Origin: Eimeria praecox
Lineage: Eukaryota
DNA: 64,000 nt
Assembly (NCBI GenBank): GCA_963920595.1
Contig: OY986947.1
Coordinates: 3,596,001 to 3,660,000 of the forward strand
Direction of reading: 5' to 3'
Shown here: positions 37,561-50,010 of the stretch, piece after piece
Numbering within the stretch: position 1 is the stretch's first letter
How the letters are laid out: each line of letters opens with the position of its first letter
The notes under the pieces: model-generated
Told to the model about the DNA's origin: nothing
Database searches by the model: none
What the model saw: only the letters and a program-made list of their open reading frames with translations
Program-made: the position numbers and the translations under genes

Positions 37561-38184
37561 ATGGATCGCGTCCCCGATTCTAAGGTGCAGCAATCAGCTG
37601 CCAAGACCAGGACTTCAACGTTAACAAGCAGTGCAAGTGCGCGCTTTGTGTCGATGAGGTCTGAACTTCTGGAGAGGCTTCGCATTTGCGCAGCTTTGGA
37701 TAAGAGATTTTTCAAGGCATGGTTTGATGAGCTCGACATGGAACGCTGCAGCAACTTTAGCAGCGATTTATGCATCGATTCACAGTGCAACTGGGGTATT
37801 TACAGCCAGGAAAGTGAGTCCCAAGAGGCCACTGATGCTGCATTCCGCAGGATTTCTTTCGAATTGCAAAATCTCGAAGACAGGGAAAGGAGACTAACCG
37901 CGCACGTAGAAGCCCTCAATCGTCAATACGAAGACCTAATAACTGAACTGACGGAGCCGCTGTATAACGGTGCTGTCCTTGTCCCAGGTTGTTCTACCCC
38001 ACCCATGTCAGCAGCGCAGAGACTGAGCCGTCTCCCCCGTATTGCGATAGTTATTTCTGCAAAGGAAGAAGAGCAGAGAAACCACATGTACTACCTGCGC
38101 CACTGGAATGTTAATATAAGTGGAGTGAATATTCCGAACCTTCCTCGTCTCCTTCGTAAACTGCCCGCAGAAGAGGGCGCATGA
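37561..38184 (+). CDS. Hypothetical coiled-coil protein, 'SAKE-EQ' family member 2 (207 aa)
   Basis: Single ORF with RSELLERLRICAALDKRFF, LNRQYEDLITEL and SRLPRIAIVISAKEEEQRNHMY..PNLPRLLR. Colinear with the 39934-40638 ORF. Confidence 0.85.
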   Translation: MDRVPDSKVQQSAAKTRTSTLTSSASARFVSMRSELLERLRICAALDKRFFKAWFDELDMERCSNFSSDLCIDSQCNWGIYSQESESQEATDAAFRRISFELQNLEDRERRLTAHVEALNRQYEDLITELTEPLYNGAVLVPGCSTPPMSAAQRLSRLPRIAIVISAKEEEQRNHMYYLRHWNVNISGVNIPNLPRLLRKLPAEEGA

Positions 38185-39648
38185 GCTCTCCGAACTGGCA
38201 ATTTTATCGCCGTCTATACTTTCCCGGGAATGCAGAGAATTGCCCGAAGCACTACGACCACGAACATTGGTTGGATCGTTTTTGCAACCCATATTTATTT
38301 TTAATTTCATTTTAAGTTGCCAAGCATTTACAGCGCAAGCAAGTAGCCGCATTGAAGGTGTTGGGGTGCTCACAATGGGCGATACACACACAAGCAGCGA
38401 ACGCTCAGTGAGATAGTAGAAAGGCAAAGCAGAGTCAGCCAAGGCACTTGGATCTTTATTCCCAAACTATGCACAGACGCGACTTAGTATTACCAAGTTG
38501 TATGACATGAGTGAAAGAATGCCAATGCGAACAGCCGTTGGAAACAGTGCAGTAAGCCACTCCGGTGGCTGCATTTAAGGAAAGAATATGACGGGGCAGC
38601 GAGTCTTTGAAAGCCGCGGACACGGAAAGATACACTAGACTAGCCCTATTGGGTTCTACGAACACGAAGTGAAGCAAAACATTGAAGCGACACCATCTCC
38701 GAGGTGGAAAAGAAAGTTTTGTAGCCTGCAGGTTCCGTTAAGGAATCGGCAGCAGGGGGAGAGTCTAAATCGTATTGAGCAGCTTTGTTTGGAAGCAAGC
38801 TCTTTTCTGTAGCTGGCACGTATTGCACCATCTCCTAGACATGTGCTTAGTGCATTTTCGCTGCTGAGAGTGGCTCTCATCATTCCTACCGAGCGCAGTA
38901 TTGTAACTCCAACGTCAGATCGAAAGAAAAAAGCGCACAACTTTTCAATTCTAACCACCACCTAAGCTGCTAGTGCTGAAGAACATAAACTCTTTGAAGG
39001 TACGGAACGGAGCCCTGCGCGACTCTGCCGGTCAAAGACAGCAGACGTCGAAAAATGAAGTTGGGACGCCACTGGCTCACACGAAAGTCACAATGGCTGC
39101 ATCGTAAGGTGAAAGTGGAGCTCAGCCACGAACGTCGTTGTAACGTAGGTGCAGCAAATGGCTTGAGGGGTGTTCCTTGCTGCTTTGTGGAAATGGCTGT
39201 TGAAACTCCTTGATCGCAGAGTGCCACGAAGCTTCGCTGCAGTTCTGTGTCATGCGGCGCTTGCCTTGGCAGCCTCATCTACGACCAAGGACCGATACTG
39301 TTGATTTGTAATATATCATTGGGCTTACCCCCTAACCGTTCATTCCACGTACGGCGCAACCAAAACAGCATGTTGGTGTTGGCGCACGAAGCGGGAGATC
39401 AAGAAATATAAAAAGGAATCTGAGTTATGGTTCAGTAGCAAAAGACATTTCGCGTGCAACCACGATAGGGTGCTGAGGCACTGAAAACTAGCTGATATAA
39501 GGCATATCGAGTTTTCTTTCGCAGCAGTAAGCCGCGAGCAAGCTCTCCAAAGCATTATTAGATATGCAACAATAGTTCAATCAATCCTCGCAAACATACG
39601 GAGTGCACGAACAGCAGACTAGTTCACTTTAAACTTCTGATTTTTTTT

Positions 39649-39687
39649 TAAAGAAGGGCAAACGCCAATGGCGTTTGCCCTTCTTTA
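39649..39687. repeat. Perfect 39-bp palindrome (19-bp arms, 1-nt spacer)
   Basis: TAAAGAAGGGCAAACGCCA-A-TGGCGTTTGCCCTTCTTTA. Confidence 0.97.
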
Positions 39688-39933
39688 TGCTATGCTTCTG
39701 CGCATCGCCCTTGGGACGTGCCGCGCAGTACGCAGTTTGTGTAAGTATTCACACAGCAATTTTACATGCTAACTATTCCTGACACACCTATATAATTTAG
39801 AAATGCTTAAAGAAATAATTATTAAAACAGATTGTGCTACCTCGTGAACACGTGGTTAGCGACAAGTTGAGGCCACAATGCAAGGCATCCGCACATGCAA
39901 AGTGAACAACCTAAGATATTCCAGCCCCTTCGG

Positions 39934-40638
39934 TCAACCATCCAAAATGCGACCAAAAAGGGTTAAATGACTGCACTGAGGAATGAGCCCTAGCAAACCA
40001 CCAGCAAGTTCAACTGTCTCGCCTTCACGAAGAAGACCAGGAAGCCTTGGAAGATATACTCCATCTGTCTCGAAGTTGTGGCGATTGATATCATACAGCT
40101 GGCTTGTTTGCTCCTCTTCCTTTGCAGATATAACCATCCCAATGAAACAGAGACGGCTACGACCATGCGCGGTTTGTATAAAGAAGCTGGACGGAGTTTG
40201 GCAAGTTGAAACATTATTAGGCACTGACTGTGAAAGTTCAGCCTCCAGGGCTTCGTACTGACGATTAAGTGATTCTTCGCGGTCAATGGCGATTTTTTCT
40301 CGTTCATCGAAGTTGTTCAAGTACGTAAGCATATTACGGAGTGTATTTTCAGGAGTTTCCTCGCTTGAGTCGCAATCAATATCAGCAGCATCATTAGCGA
40401 CGCTGCTCACGCTCATGTCGCTGGCCCCCACCCCGCTTTGGCCGTTGCTAGTGCGTTCTGTGTAGAGAGCATGGTAGCAGGCAAGAAAAAATTGTTTGTC
40501 CAGGTCGGCGCATCTCCGAAGCCGCTCCAAAAGCTGCGACCTCTTCAAGGCCGGTCGTTGACTTTCTACGCTTGAAGGCGGTGAATACGTGGGGCTTTCA
40601 GTTGAAACTTGCATCTCAGAAACAGGTGAAAGATCCAT
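39934..40638 (-). CDS. Hypothetical coiled-coil protein, 'SAKE-EQ' family member 3 (~234 aa from MDLSPVSEMQ)
   Basis: RSQLLERLRRCADLDKQFF, LNRQYEALEAEL and SRLCFIGMVISAKEEEQTSQLY..PRLPGLLR. Start assigned by alignment of MDLSPVSEMQ with MDRVPDSKVQ of member 2. Confidence 0.85.
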   Translation of the reverse strand: MDLSPVSEMQVSTESPTYSPPSSVESQRPALKRSQLLERLRRCADLDKQFFLACYHALYTERTSNGQSGVGASDMSVSSVANDAADIDCDSSEETPENTLRNMLTYLNNFDEREKIAIDREESLNRQYEALEAELSQSVPNNVSTCQTPSSFFIQTAHGRSRLCFIGMVISAKEEEQTSQLYDINRHNFETDGVYLPRLPGLLREGETVELAGGLLGLIPQCSHLTLFGRILDG

Positions 40639-42757
40639 GGCGAACATCTGGGATGGTGAACAGGTAAACACCAGGCGAACAACTGGGTAGAGAGCCCGAG
40701 AATGTCTTCTACCTGAGTAGCAGAACAGCAACAAAAACAAAGTCCACAAAACGTTGAACCTGGCACTCAAACAGAAAGGCACTACTTTATATAAACACAC
40801 ACAGATGTAGCCCTAAAAACCGACAGTGAAAAGGGTCTTGCAGGACAATCATTCAAGCGCAACGCGTCCAAGATGGCGTTTACTGGCTTAACCAGACAAC
40901 GCCGATGGACCGGCAGATAAATGATAAACATTGAAGCGGAACTGGCCTCTAATGTAGAGACTGAAAAAGAAGAAGCGTGCCATACATGATCGAAAGCTAC
41001 AAGGCACACGTGCGTCTCTGCAGCAAGCAGCAGCAGTTCAGTAGGTGTAAATGTGTCTCACGTTAAGATGAAATGTAACCCAGCACAAGGAAACAGCGGG
41101 TTTCGCTTCCTTTGCTAGAGCAAATGTTTCCTACAAAGGGAGCCTATTTAGTCTTCAATCAAATCCCCAAACGACAAGGGTTATGGCTGCAGTGCAGCAC
41201 TCAACTTGTCTGATTTACAGCAGAAAAGCTTCGGGGGTCACGCAGGACCCAGTGGACCAAAGGGCAAATAGCCAGCAAAAACAATACAGAAACGAAAAAC
41301 GTTTGTGCTTAGTATAATAAAGAATATTCAACTTAAATAAAGAATGTTGAGAATGTTTATACTGAAAGCAAGACCGCAGCAAACAAGCGCTTGTTGTATA
41401 CGGTAGGCCGCACTCGTCAGCGATATCGATGGTGTGTCGCTGGCCGTCGGCCCTGGCTGCGGTCTCTTGACAAGCCTCCACCTGTTTGTATTTTGGCTGT
41501 TTGTGAAGGCTTAATAACAGATAATAATAAATTGATAATAAAATTGAATTCAGCATTTTTTAATGCTGGAATGTTCAATGTGCATTTATATCATGATGCT
41601 GTTTCTAGAAGGGCTAATACATGAGTGACCTGAAACATGCACTTTCTGTTGTAGCTTTGGAGTAATGTAGAAAAGATATGTATCGAAGAAGCACACCTGC
41701 TGTTATTCTGGAAAATTACACCCTAATACATATTGCTGAGTGTGTACACTCTGGTGGATGTTCAAATGTTGGCTTTCTCAAAAATGAGCCGACATCGACC
41801 CGTACTGGCTGGTGCTGCCCACTGTACTCGCAGCCGTCTTCAACAATATCTGAATTAATTAGTGTTTCCAACAAGAACAACCGTCTCATTAGAACCCCTA
41901 TTAAGTAATATCTTGCATAGTGGAAAGGCGGATAAAATGTGTAGCCGGGCCAACAGTTGCAAAGCAAGCATAGCAGCACCTTCGATGCGCGTTAAATAAT
42001 AATAGCTTGAACATGCTTCTCCCTGGAATCCACACTAACATCAATTAGCAGCTATAAAACATAGCATTAAAAGAATTTCGAATGAATAGAATGCACAGTA
42101 GATCATGGATCAAAGCTCTAGAGCTGTAGAGTAACCTACAGGAAGCACTATGCATGCAAGCAGAATGCAAGTATGAAGTGAAGCCAGAAAGCATTTTCCT
42201 CTTGAAGCTGACAGACTACGACAAGATACACCACAATATGATCTGTTCTCTCGCCTACTGAGCCCCTCTTCTACTCCCGGCCCCCCTCCACACTCTGTAC
42301 GACCGAGACGATTTGACAGTACATGTATATTGCTTCAGCGAAGCAACAACAAAGCGGATCTACGTGGATCTGCTGCCAGCAGCAGGTAGCAGATGACAGC
42401 GAAGTGTCTATACACCTTCGTTGTTTGAACAGGAGTAGATAGAGAAACCGTATAGCACTCTGGTGTTCCTTATTGCTGCAGGCTACAACTATATGCACCT
42501 ATTCCTCCTTTAAATATCGACAGGAACTAGCAACCTACAGAAAGCAGAAGACAAGAAGAAAAGTAGTTCTATCAACCCCAAACTGCTGATCCTCTACAGG
42601 AGGATCCATGGCAAGAGCACTTGCGCCCAAAAGCAGCACACCCTGAGCTGCAGTTAAGTCGTTTAGCAGAGGATATAGAGGCCTCTGAAGGCGTGATGTC
42701 TCGCCTGCTGCATGCAGAGTAGCTGCAGCTGCTGCTCCCACATCAGCAGCAAACAGC

Positions 42758-44940
42758 TCACGTGTATCCAATATGAATCCTTTGCCGCTTCAACCTGCTG
42801 TTCTGCTGACGCCAAGGAAGTGTTTCATCACTGATCTCATTCTCTGATTCGCTGTAGAAGCAACGAGAGCGGCTCCCTTTCTTTACACGGCTAGCTGAGA
42901 ACTGCTGCTGCTGCTGCTGCTGCTGTTGCTGCTGTTGCTGCTGCTGCTGCAGGCCAGCCGTATCCAAGTCAAGGAGAGCATCTCGTAGCTGAACAAACTC
43001 ACGCCGCAGATCTTCTTTCCTCTGTTGTCTGCATGCAGCAGCAGACACTTCACCTTCCCCTGAAGCTGCTTCACACTCCGCTTGCTGCAGCTTCAGGGCT
43101 GTGCATGCAAGACAAGCCACCAGCATATCCCTGAGCCTCTTCCGCTGAAAACTACCTCGCTGGAGGCCCACACTCTGTTCGCCTGTCTTCCATCCAGCGA
43201 TCGCTGCCTGCGCATGAGCTGCTGCTGCATGCAGCAGCAGCTCTCCTGTGTCACTCCGGCTTCCTGCTGCAGCTGTTTCATATTCTGTTGTTGATGCTTC
43301 ACTCCCTCCTACTGCAGAGCTGCAAACGGCTGTATCTACACCTGCTGCAGCAAGCGAGTGCTCCCGAAGACTGGCGCTGCTTGGCAACAGCTTTCGCTCC
43401 AGCAGCAGCAGCTGCTGCTGCTGCTGATCTAATGCTGCTGCAGGGTCACCAATGGGCGTCTCACCCGGCGCTGCTGCTGCAGCAGCGGCAGATTCACGCT
43501 GCTGCTGCTGCTGCTGCTGCTGCAACAGCAACGAACCGATGTGGCAGCAGCACATTGCCTTGATGTAAGAGACTTCAGCTATCATCTCCGGAGGCCAGCT
43601 CTCAGTCAGGTGGTGTTGCTGCAGCAGCTGCTGCAGCAGCGGCAGCAGTTGAACGACCCTGGAGACACGCTGCAGCAGCAACTCTACCATCGCGACACGA
43701 AGCTGAAGATGCAGATACAGGACAGATTTCTGCAGCAGCAAAGCAGCTGCAGCTTCCCGCTGCAGGTGCTGCAGCAGCTCCAAACCCACAGGGCTGCTGT
43801 TTCTGCTGCTGCCTCCCATGGCCGCCACTGCATCCAGGTGTATATCCAGCTGCAGCAGCAACAAAAACTCCTTGTGTGGGGTCCCCTGGAAGCAGCACGC
43901 ACAGCTCGGTGAGTCTGCTGCTGCTACTGCGGCAACAGCAAAAGCCGATGGCTGCTGCGCGGGCTGCTGCGTGCAGCAGCAACAGCGCAGCAGTTGCTGC
44001 ATGTGCAGCAGCGGCAGCTGCTGACCCGTAGAAGCAGCCAGTACAAGACACTGCTGCAGCAGCAGGGCCCTCGCAGCCACCGGAACTGCAGCAGCACCAG
44101 CAAGCATATGAGTAAGCCCCCACGAAGCAGCAGACAAGACAGATGTTTGGCTTTCGCTCGCTGCAGCAGCGGCGGCAGCCTCTGTAAGTGCTAGCTCTCC
44201 ATCTGCTGCAGCTTTGTGCAGCCGCAGAAGCTGTCTATACACCTGGTCTGCTGCTGCTGCATCGTCTCCTCGCGTCGTTCTATTAACACGCTGCATTAGG
44301 ATACCCCGTTGACTCCAGCGACTGGAAGCAGCAGCAGCAGCAGCAGCTGCTGCTGCTGCTGCTGCCTGAAGTGCAGCAAGGAAAGGAGAAAAACTGCTGC
44401 AGCGGGGCTGTGGACCATACAGACACCGCACAGTACGTACAGCCCCCTGCGGCAGCACCCGAGGGCAGCTGTAAGCTGCCTGCAGCAGCAGCAGCAGAGC
44501 AGCAGCAGCAGTATCGCCATCCATTCCTGCATATGCTGCATCCCCCAGCATAGTCGTATCCGAGACGAGAGCCATAAGAGCAGTCTTCCTGCTGCAGCTG
44601 CTGCTGCTGCTGCAGCTGCTGCAGCTGCAGCAGCAGCTTCTCTCGCATGCACAAGTCTTGCTGCTGCCCCACAAACTACCTCGACCCTCGCGGAGGGAAG
44701 AGCCCTTCGGCGATCCAAGCAAGCTCATGGTGCGGCGCAGCAGCTGCAGCAGCAGCAGCCTCAGCTGCATTGCTGCTGCTGCAGGTGGCTGCTGCTGCAT
44801 CCCCCACCAGCTCCCTGCCAGCACATAGCACCGCAGCAGCAGCACCCTGTTTCGTAATTCAGCACAAAGTTGATGCTGCTGCTGCCGGCCTCCACAGGTA
44901 TATCTCAGTGGGTCTCCAGGTATTCTGTTGCTGCTGCTGT

Positions 44941-44978
<38 letters not shown>

Positions 44979-45195
44979 TTCAAGGCATCAAAAGAAGAGC
45001 AGAGAGAAACCATGAGGCGAGCGCATGCATCTCCTATTTCTAAGAAGCATAAAACAGCTTCTTCTGCTGCTGCTGCTGCTGCTGCTTCTGGTGTTGCTGC
45101 TGCTACCGGACGTTGGCGGCGCTGCAGCAGCTTCTGCTGCACAGCAGATACATCTGCAGGGGGCAATTCAAAACGAAGATGCATATCTTCCCCTA

Positions 45196-45229
<34 letters not shown>

Positions 45230-45291
45230 AGAGGATCCAGGTTCTGCTGCTATTGCGCTACCCCCAAAGCCCACAGCCATGCTTCCAAAGC

Positions 45292-45322
<31 letters not shown>

Positions 45323-45546
45323 AAGGGAGACTCCTGCTGCTTTGGAGCTGCTCATACACTCCAGATGCCACTGAGGCCTTGTTATACGCAACGGACCCGC
45401 CACATCTGTTGCCGTCAGCAGCAAACCAGCGGCAGCAGCAGCAGCAGCAGAATCAGCCACCTCAGCTGCTGCTGCAGCAACAGCTGCCGGCTGGTTTCGA
45501 CTTGCTTCTGGAGAAGGCCATGCGAAGCAGCTGCTGCTGCGAAACA

Positions 45547-45579
<33 letters not shown>

Positions 45580-45770
45580 GAAGCATACTGCTGCTGCTGC
45601 TGCTGCTGTGTGCAGCACTATCCATGCAGCCTCCGTTTCCCGGCCCTGTACATACACCAGGAAATTCAGCTGCTGCCACAGCTTCTGGTGACGATGGTGC
45701 TGCTGCTGATGCTGCAGCAGCAGCAGCAGCAACCGGTTGAGCCCCTTCCAAAGGATTATATGTGCTCTCT

Positions 45771-45805
<35 letters not shown>

Positions 45806-46177
45806 GGAAGCACCGAAATAGTGCCGCAGGCGCTCCCTCAGGTCTATCACTTGCCTGATAGGTTCTCGACTTCGTTGCTGCTGCTGCTGCTGCTGCTGCG
45901 CTTCCCACTCCTGCTGCTGCTGCTGCTGCTGCAGCAACAGCTGGATCTTTTGTGTAGAAGATACAAGCTGAAGGCGACATATAGCTGACTTCAGCGCCTG
46001 CAGCAAAGCTGTGGGGTCGGCAGCTAGCTGTCCTATGAGCTGCTGCTGGCTGTGCAGCAGCAGCGCGAGATGCAGGGAGACTATCCCTACAGCATTGAGA
46101 GACAGCAGCACCGGCCAGATGTTGCTGCTAGACAGCAGCAGCAGCATTCCATCAAGGTAAGGTCCTGCCGATTTTCT

Positions 46178-46236
<59 letters not shown>

Positions 46237-46344
46237 ACGGACGGGGGACCCAACCACCAGCTGCAGCTACTGCTGCTGCAGCCCTTTGGCTCGCCGTAGC
46301 TGATGCAGCAGAATAAAAACCAGCAGCATTTGTTGTTGTTGTTG

Positions 46345-46375
<31 letters not shown>

Positions 46376-46583
46376 TTCCGGAGCTGCTGTGTACTGCAGC
46401 AGCTCGGCTGCGTGTCTCAAGGCAATCAGCAGCAGCTGCAGCGCAGCAACGTAGTTATGTTTGCTTAACTGCAGCAGTGCTGCTGCCAATGCATGCGAAG
46501 CAGCAGCACCGCTGCTGCAGCTACCCTGTACCATATTCCTGTACACAGACACCGCATGCATGCAGCACAACATTGCAGCAGCA

Positions 46584-46614
<31 letters not shown>

Positions 46615-47417
46615 GGCAGCAACTACTGCAGCAGGCACATCTGCTGCAGCTCCTGTTGTCTATCTATCTCGTGTTGCTGTTGCTGTTGCTGCTGCTTTCT
46701 TACCCTGCAGCAACAGCAGCCTCATCCAGACGCCCTAAGTGCAGCAGCACAACAAATACATTCATGTTAATCTGCTGCAGCAGCGATAGAGCTCTCTGTT
46801 TCTCGAGGACTACGACGCCGCCGCTGCTGCTGTTGCTGCTGTTGCTGCTGCTGTTGCTGCTGCTGCTGTCGCTGCTGCTGCTGCCAGGTAGCAGCTGCAG
46901 GCTATGCGTAGCTACAGGAAGCAGACCTGCAGCAGCAGCAGACGCCACCCCTTGCAGCCCCAACGAAAGCCAAGCAGGCACTGTTGCTCTTGTTGCTGCT
47001 TCCATCAACTCTGGCGAGCCGCACGGTCCTGCAGCAGCAGCAGCAGCTGCTGCTGCTGCTGCTGCTGTCAGCTCCACCTCGCTTGCAAGGGCAAGGGCCT
47101 CCTCACCAGCCCCATGCTGCAGCAGCAGCCGCTGCTGCAGCAACGCTGACGGGCAGCACTGCATAGACAGCCCTCGGACCCCGTTGTGCTGCTGCTGACG
47201 CAGTTGTTGTTGCTGCTGCTGCTGCTGCAGCTGCTGCAGCTGCTGCTTGTGGATCTGCTGCAGCAGCTCAAGGCTTTCGTGCAGTGGAAGGCAGAGCGAC
47301 AGCCAGCCAGATAGAGCACCTGCCGCTCCCCGCTAGAGCACCTGCCGCTCCCCGCTGCAGCAGCATCAGCACAGCAGCAGCAGCACAGCAGCAGCACAAC
47401 AGCAGAAAGAACCAAAC

Positions 47418-47457
<40 letters not shown>

Positions 47458-47500
47458 TTAATATATCCCTTATACAATTATCATTGTAATTATAATTATT

Positions 47501-47569
<69 letters not shown>

Positions 47570-47858
47570 TCAACAGCAGAAATATATATCAAATATCTTA
47601 CCTTCGCTACAACGTCGCTGCATGCGCTAGCCAGAGCATGCAAGTCTGGCGGCCCCTCATCCAGCCAGCTGCAGCAGCAGCAGCAGCAGTTGCTGCTGCT
47701 GCTGCAGTTGCTGCTGCTGCTGCTGCAGTTGCCGCATCCTTCCTCCATACACTGCAGAAGCTCCTGCTGCTGTCCTCCTTCGTAGCTGCTGCTGCTAGCA
47801 ACGCCATCCTCAAGACACACGGCAGCTGCTGCTGCATCTTCAGGGCGACGCCCCTTAA

Positions 47859-47904
<46 letters not shown>

Positions 47905-48146
47905 AAGCCATTCTTGCTGCTGTTGCTGCATTGCCCCTGTTGCTGCAGCAGCAGCTGCTGCCACTTCAGCTGCACCTTGTTTCCCAACAAGGCGCCTTGC
48001 TGCAGCAGTTGCTGCATGCACGCGCAACAGCAGGAGGCCTCCTGCTGCTGCTGCTGCTGCTCCTGCTGCTGCTGCAACTCAGCAAGCCAGTTCGTACCGT
48101 CTCCAGCAAGATATGCTTCTGCCGCCACGACATTGGGGCGTGGCTG

Positions 48147-48197
<51 letters not shown>

Positions 48198-48230
48198 TAT
48201 GCCTGCCGCCGCCGCTGCGGTGATACCCTA
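42758..48230 (-). CDS. Large multi-exon helical/TPR-like hypothetical protein with homopolymeric repeats; 5' end unresolved (weak resemblance to APC5)
   Basis: The 1271-aa terminal ORF joins in phase (GG|gtaaga at 46703 to tacag|G at 46538) to exon 47332-46704, and that to the exon ending DVVAK|gtaaga at ~47602. The spliced segment VFVVLLHLGRLDEAAVAAGNMVQ..HALAAALLQL is TPR-like. The APC5 idea is only a guess. Confidence 0.65.
47418..47566. repeat. Two intronic (TA)n microsatellites
   Basis: TA runs at ~47420-47453 and ~47505-47566. Confidence 0.95.
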
Positions 48231-48380
48231 GCACCTAAATACACTTTCAAATCTTATACACACTGTCTATTACGGTGTTGCTGCTGCTGCTGCTGCTTCT
48301 GTTGCTGCTGCTGCAGGTGCTTCAGCTCGCGCTGCATCTGTTCCGGCGTCGCCAGCCGCTGCCGACAGGCACACTGCTGC

Positions 48381-48411
<31 letters not shown>

Positions 48412-48645
48412 AGAGGTCCAATGTCTGCAGTTAAATGTTTTGCTGATCCCGTCTTCGGTAGTTCTATGAAGTCGTTGATAACGGTAAGTAGAGCCGCAGC
48501 AGCAGCAGCACCTCCAAACAGCAGCAGCAGCAGCAGCAGCAGCAGCCCTGCTGCTGCTGCCTGTAACAGCAGGTTTAACAGGGGGACAGGTGCAGCAACC
48601 GTACTGTCTTTGAAGATGTTGCTGCAGCGGTAGTTGCTGCTGCTA

Positions 48646-48676
<31 letters not shown>

Positions 48677-48837
48677 AGGCCTGGCTGTCTGCTGCAGCTA
48701 ACTGCAGCAGCAGATATCTCTTCCCCAGCTGCTGATGCGTGCTGCTGCAGCAAAAGCTTCGAGTGTCTGCATGATATATCTGTGTAGGAAGGTTTAATAC
48801 CCTTGTCTTGCTGCAGTCTTGGGGCTGCTGCTGTGGA

Positions 48838-48878
<41 letters not shown>

Positions 48879-49160
48879 AGCTGCAGCTGGAGTATCCTCT
48901 ACAGTGTCTGCCCTACTGGGCGCATACAAGAACCAATAAAAAATATTTTAAATTGCTGACAGCTTCTCTTATCTGCTGCTGCTGCTGCAGCAGCAGCAGC
49001 AGCACAAACCAACCCCACCCCCGACGGCCGCGTTGGGGCTGTTGCTGTTGCTATGACAGCAGCAGCAGCAGCAGCAGCAGCAATAATGAAGGCGTTAGTT
49101 CCTGCTGCTTCGAGAAGCAATTTTGTCTCTCTAATTTATTATAGGAGCACTTGTTTAAGT

Positions 49161-49192
<32 letters not shown>

Positions 49193-49258
49193 CTGCTGCT
49201 CGTGCTCCCTGCTACTGAGGGTCTCACAGAACAGCAGCAGTCGTCGTCGCTGCTGCTG

Positions 49259-49293
<35 letters not shown>

Positions 49294-49294
49294 A

Positions 49295-49326
<32 letters not shown>

Positions 49327-49356
49327 GCAGCAGCAAACATAGCAGCAAGGCTCTTC

Positions 49357-49978
49357 ATGCCACACAATCCATTGGGGGCCCTGGGGGCCCCCGCAGCGGT
49401 CGTCTATGGCGGCGGCGGCGGCTCCGTAGCTGCAAGTACTAAGACTTGTTTTCCTCGAGGGGGAGGGGCCCCTGCAGCAGCAGCAACAGCAGCAGCAGCA
49501 GCAGGAACAGCAGCAGGAACAGCAGCAGCAGCAGCAACAGCAACAACAGCAGCAGCAGCAGGAACAGCAGCAACAGCTATTTTGTGGGAGGATGATCTTA
49601 GTGAAGACAATGGCCTCTGCCTGTTAGACTTGCAGGTGCTGCTGCGGATGCAGATATTGCTGCTGCTGCTGCTGCTGCTGGCTGTTCGCCTCTGCTGCTG
49701 CTGCTGCTGCTGCTGTCTATTCCCCTCTGCTGCTGCTGCTGGTGTCTATTCCCCGCTGCTGCTGCTGCTGCTGCTGCAGTCAGTCCTGCTGCTTGTTCTG
49801 CTGCCGTACTTGTGCTAGCACTGCTGCGTATAGAAGGGCTTGCAGAGGTTATCGTGTGTTTGCTGCTGCTGTTGCTGCTGCTGTTGCTGTTGCTGCTGCT
49901 GCAGGGTGAGGCGTTTATGGCGATTCAGCAATCATCGGATGCAGCAACAAAGCTGGTGCCGCTGCAGGCTTCATCGGA

Positions 49979-50010
<32 letters not shown>

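Noticed and set aside
43082..48500. Numerous plus-strand poly-L/poly-C ORFs
   Set aside because: Antisense or off-frame shadows of CAG repeats, which lack stop codons; no domain content.
49812..49904. ORF-track start MLALLRIEGLAE plus poly-Leu as a signal or TM segment of the DCC1 protein
   Set aside because: Better explained as intron 49636-49904, whose removal restores the Ctf8-like LLDLQGE motif.
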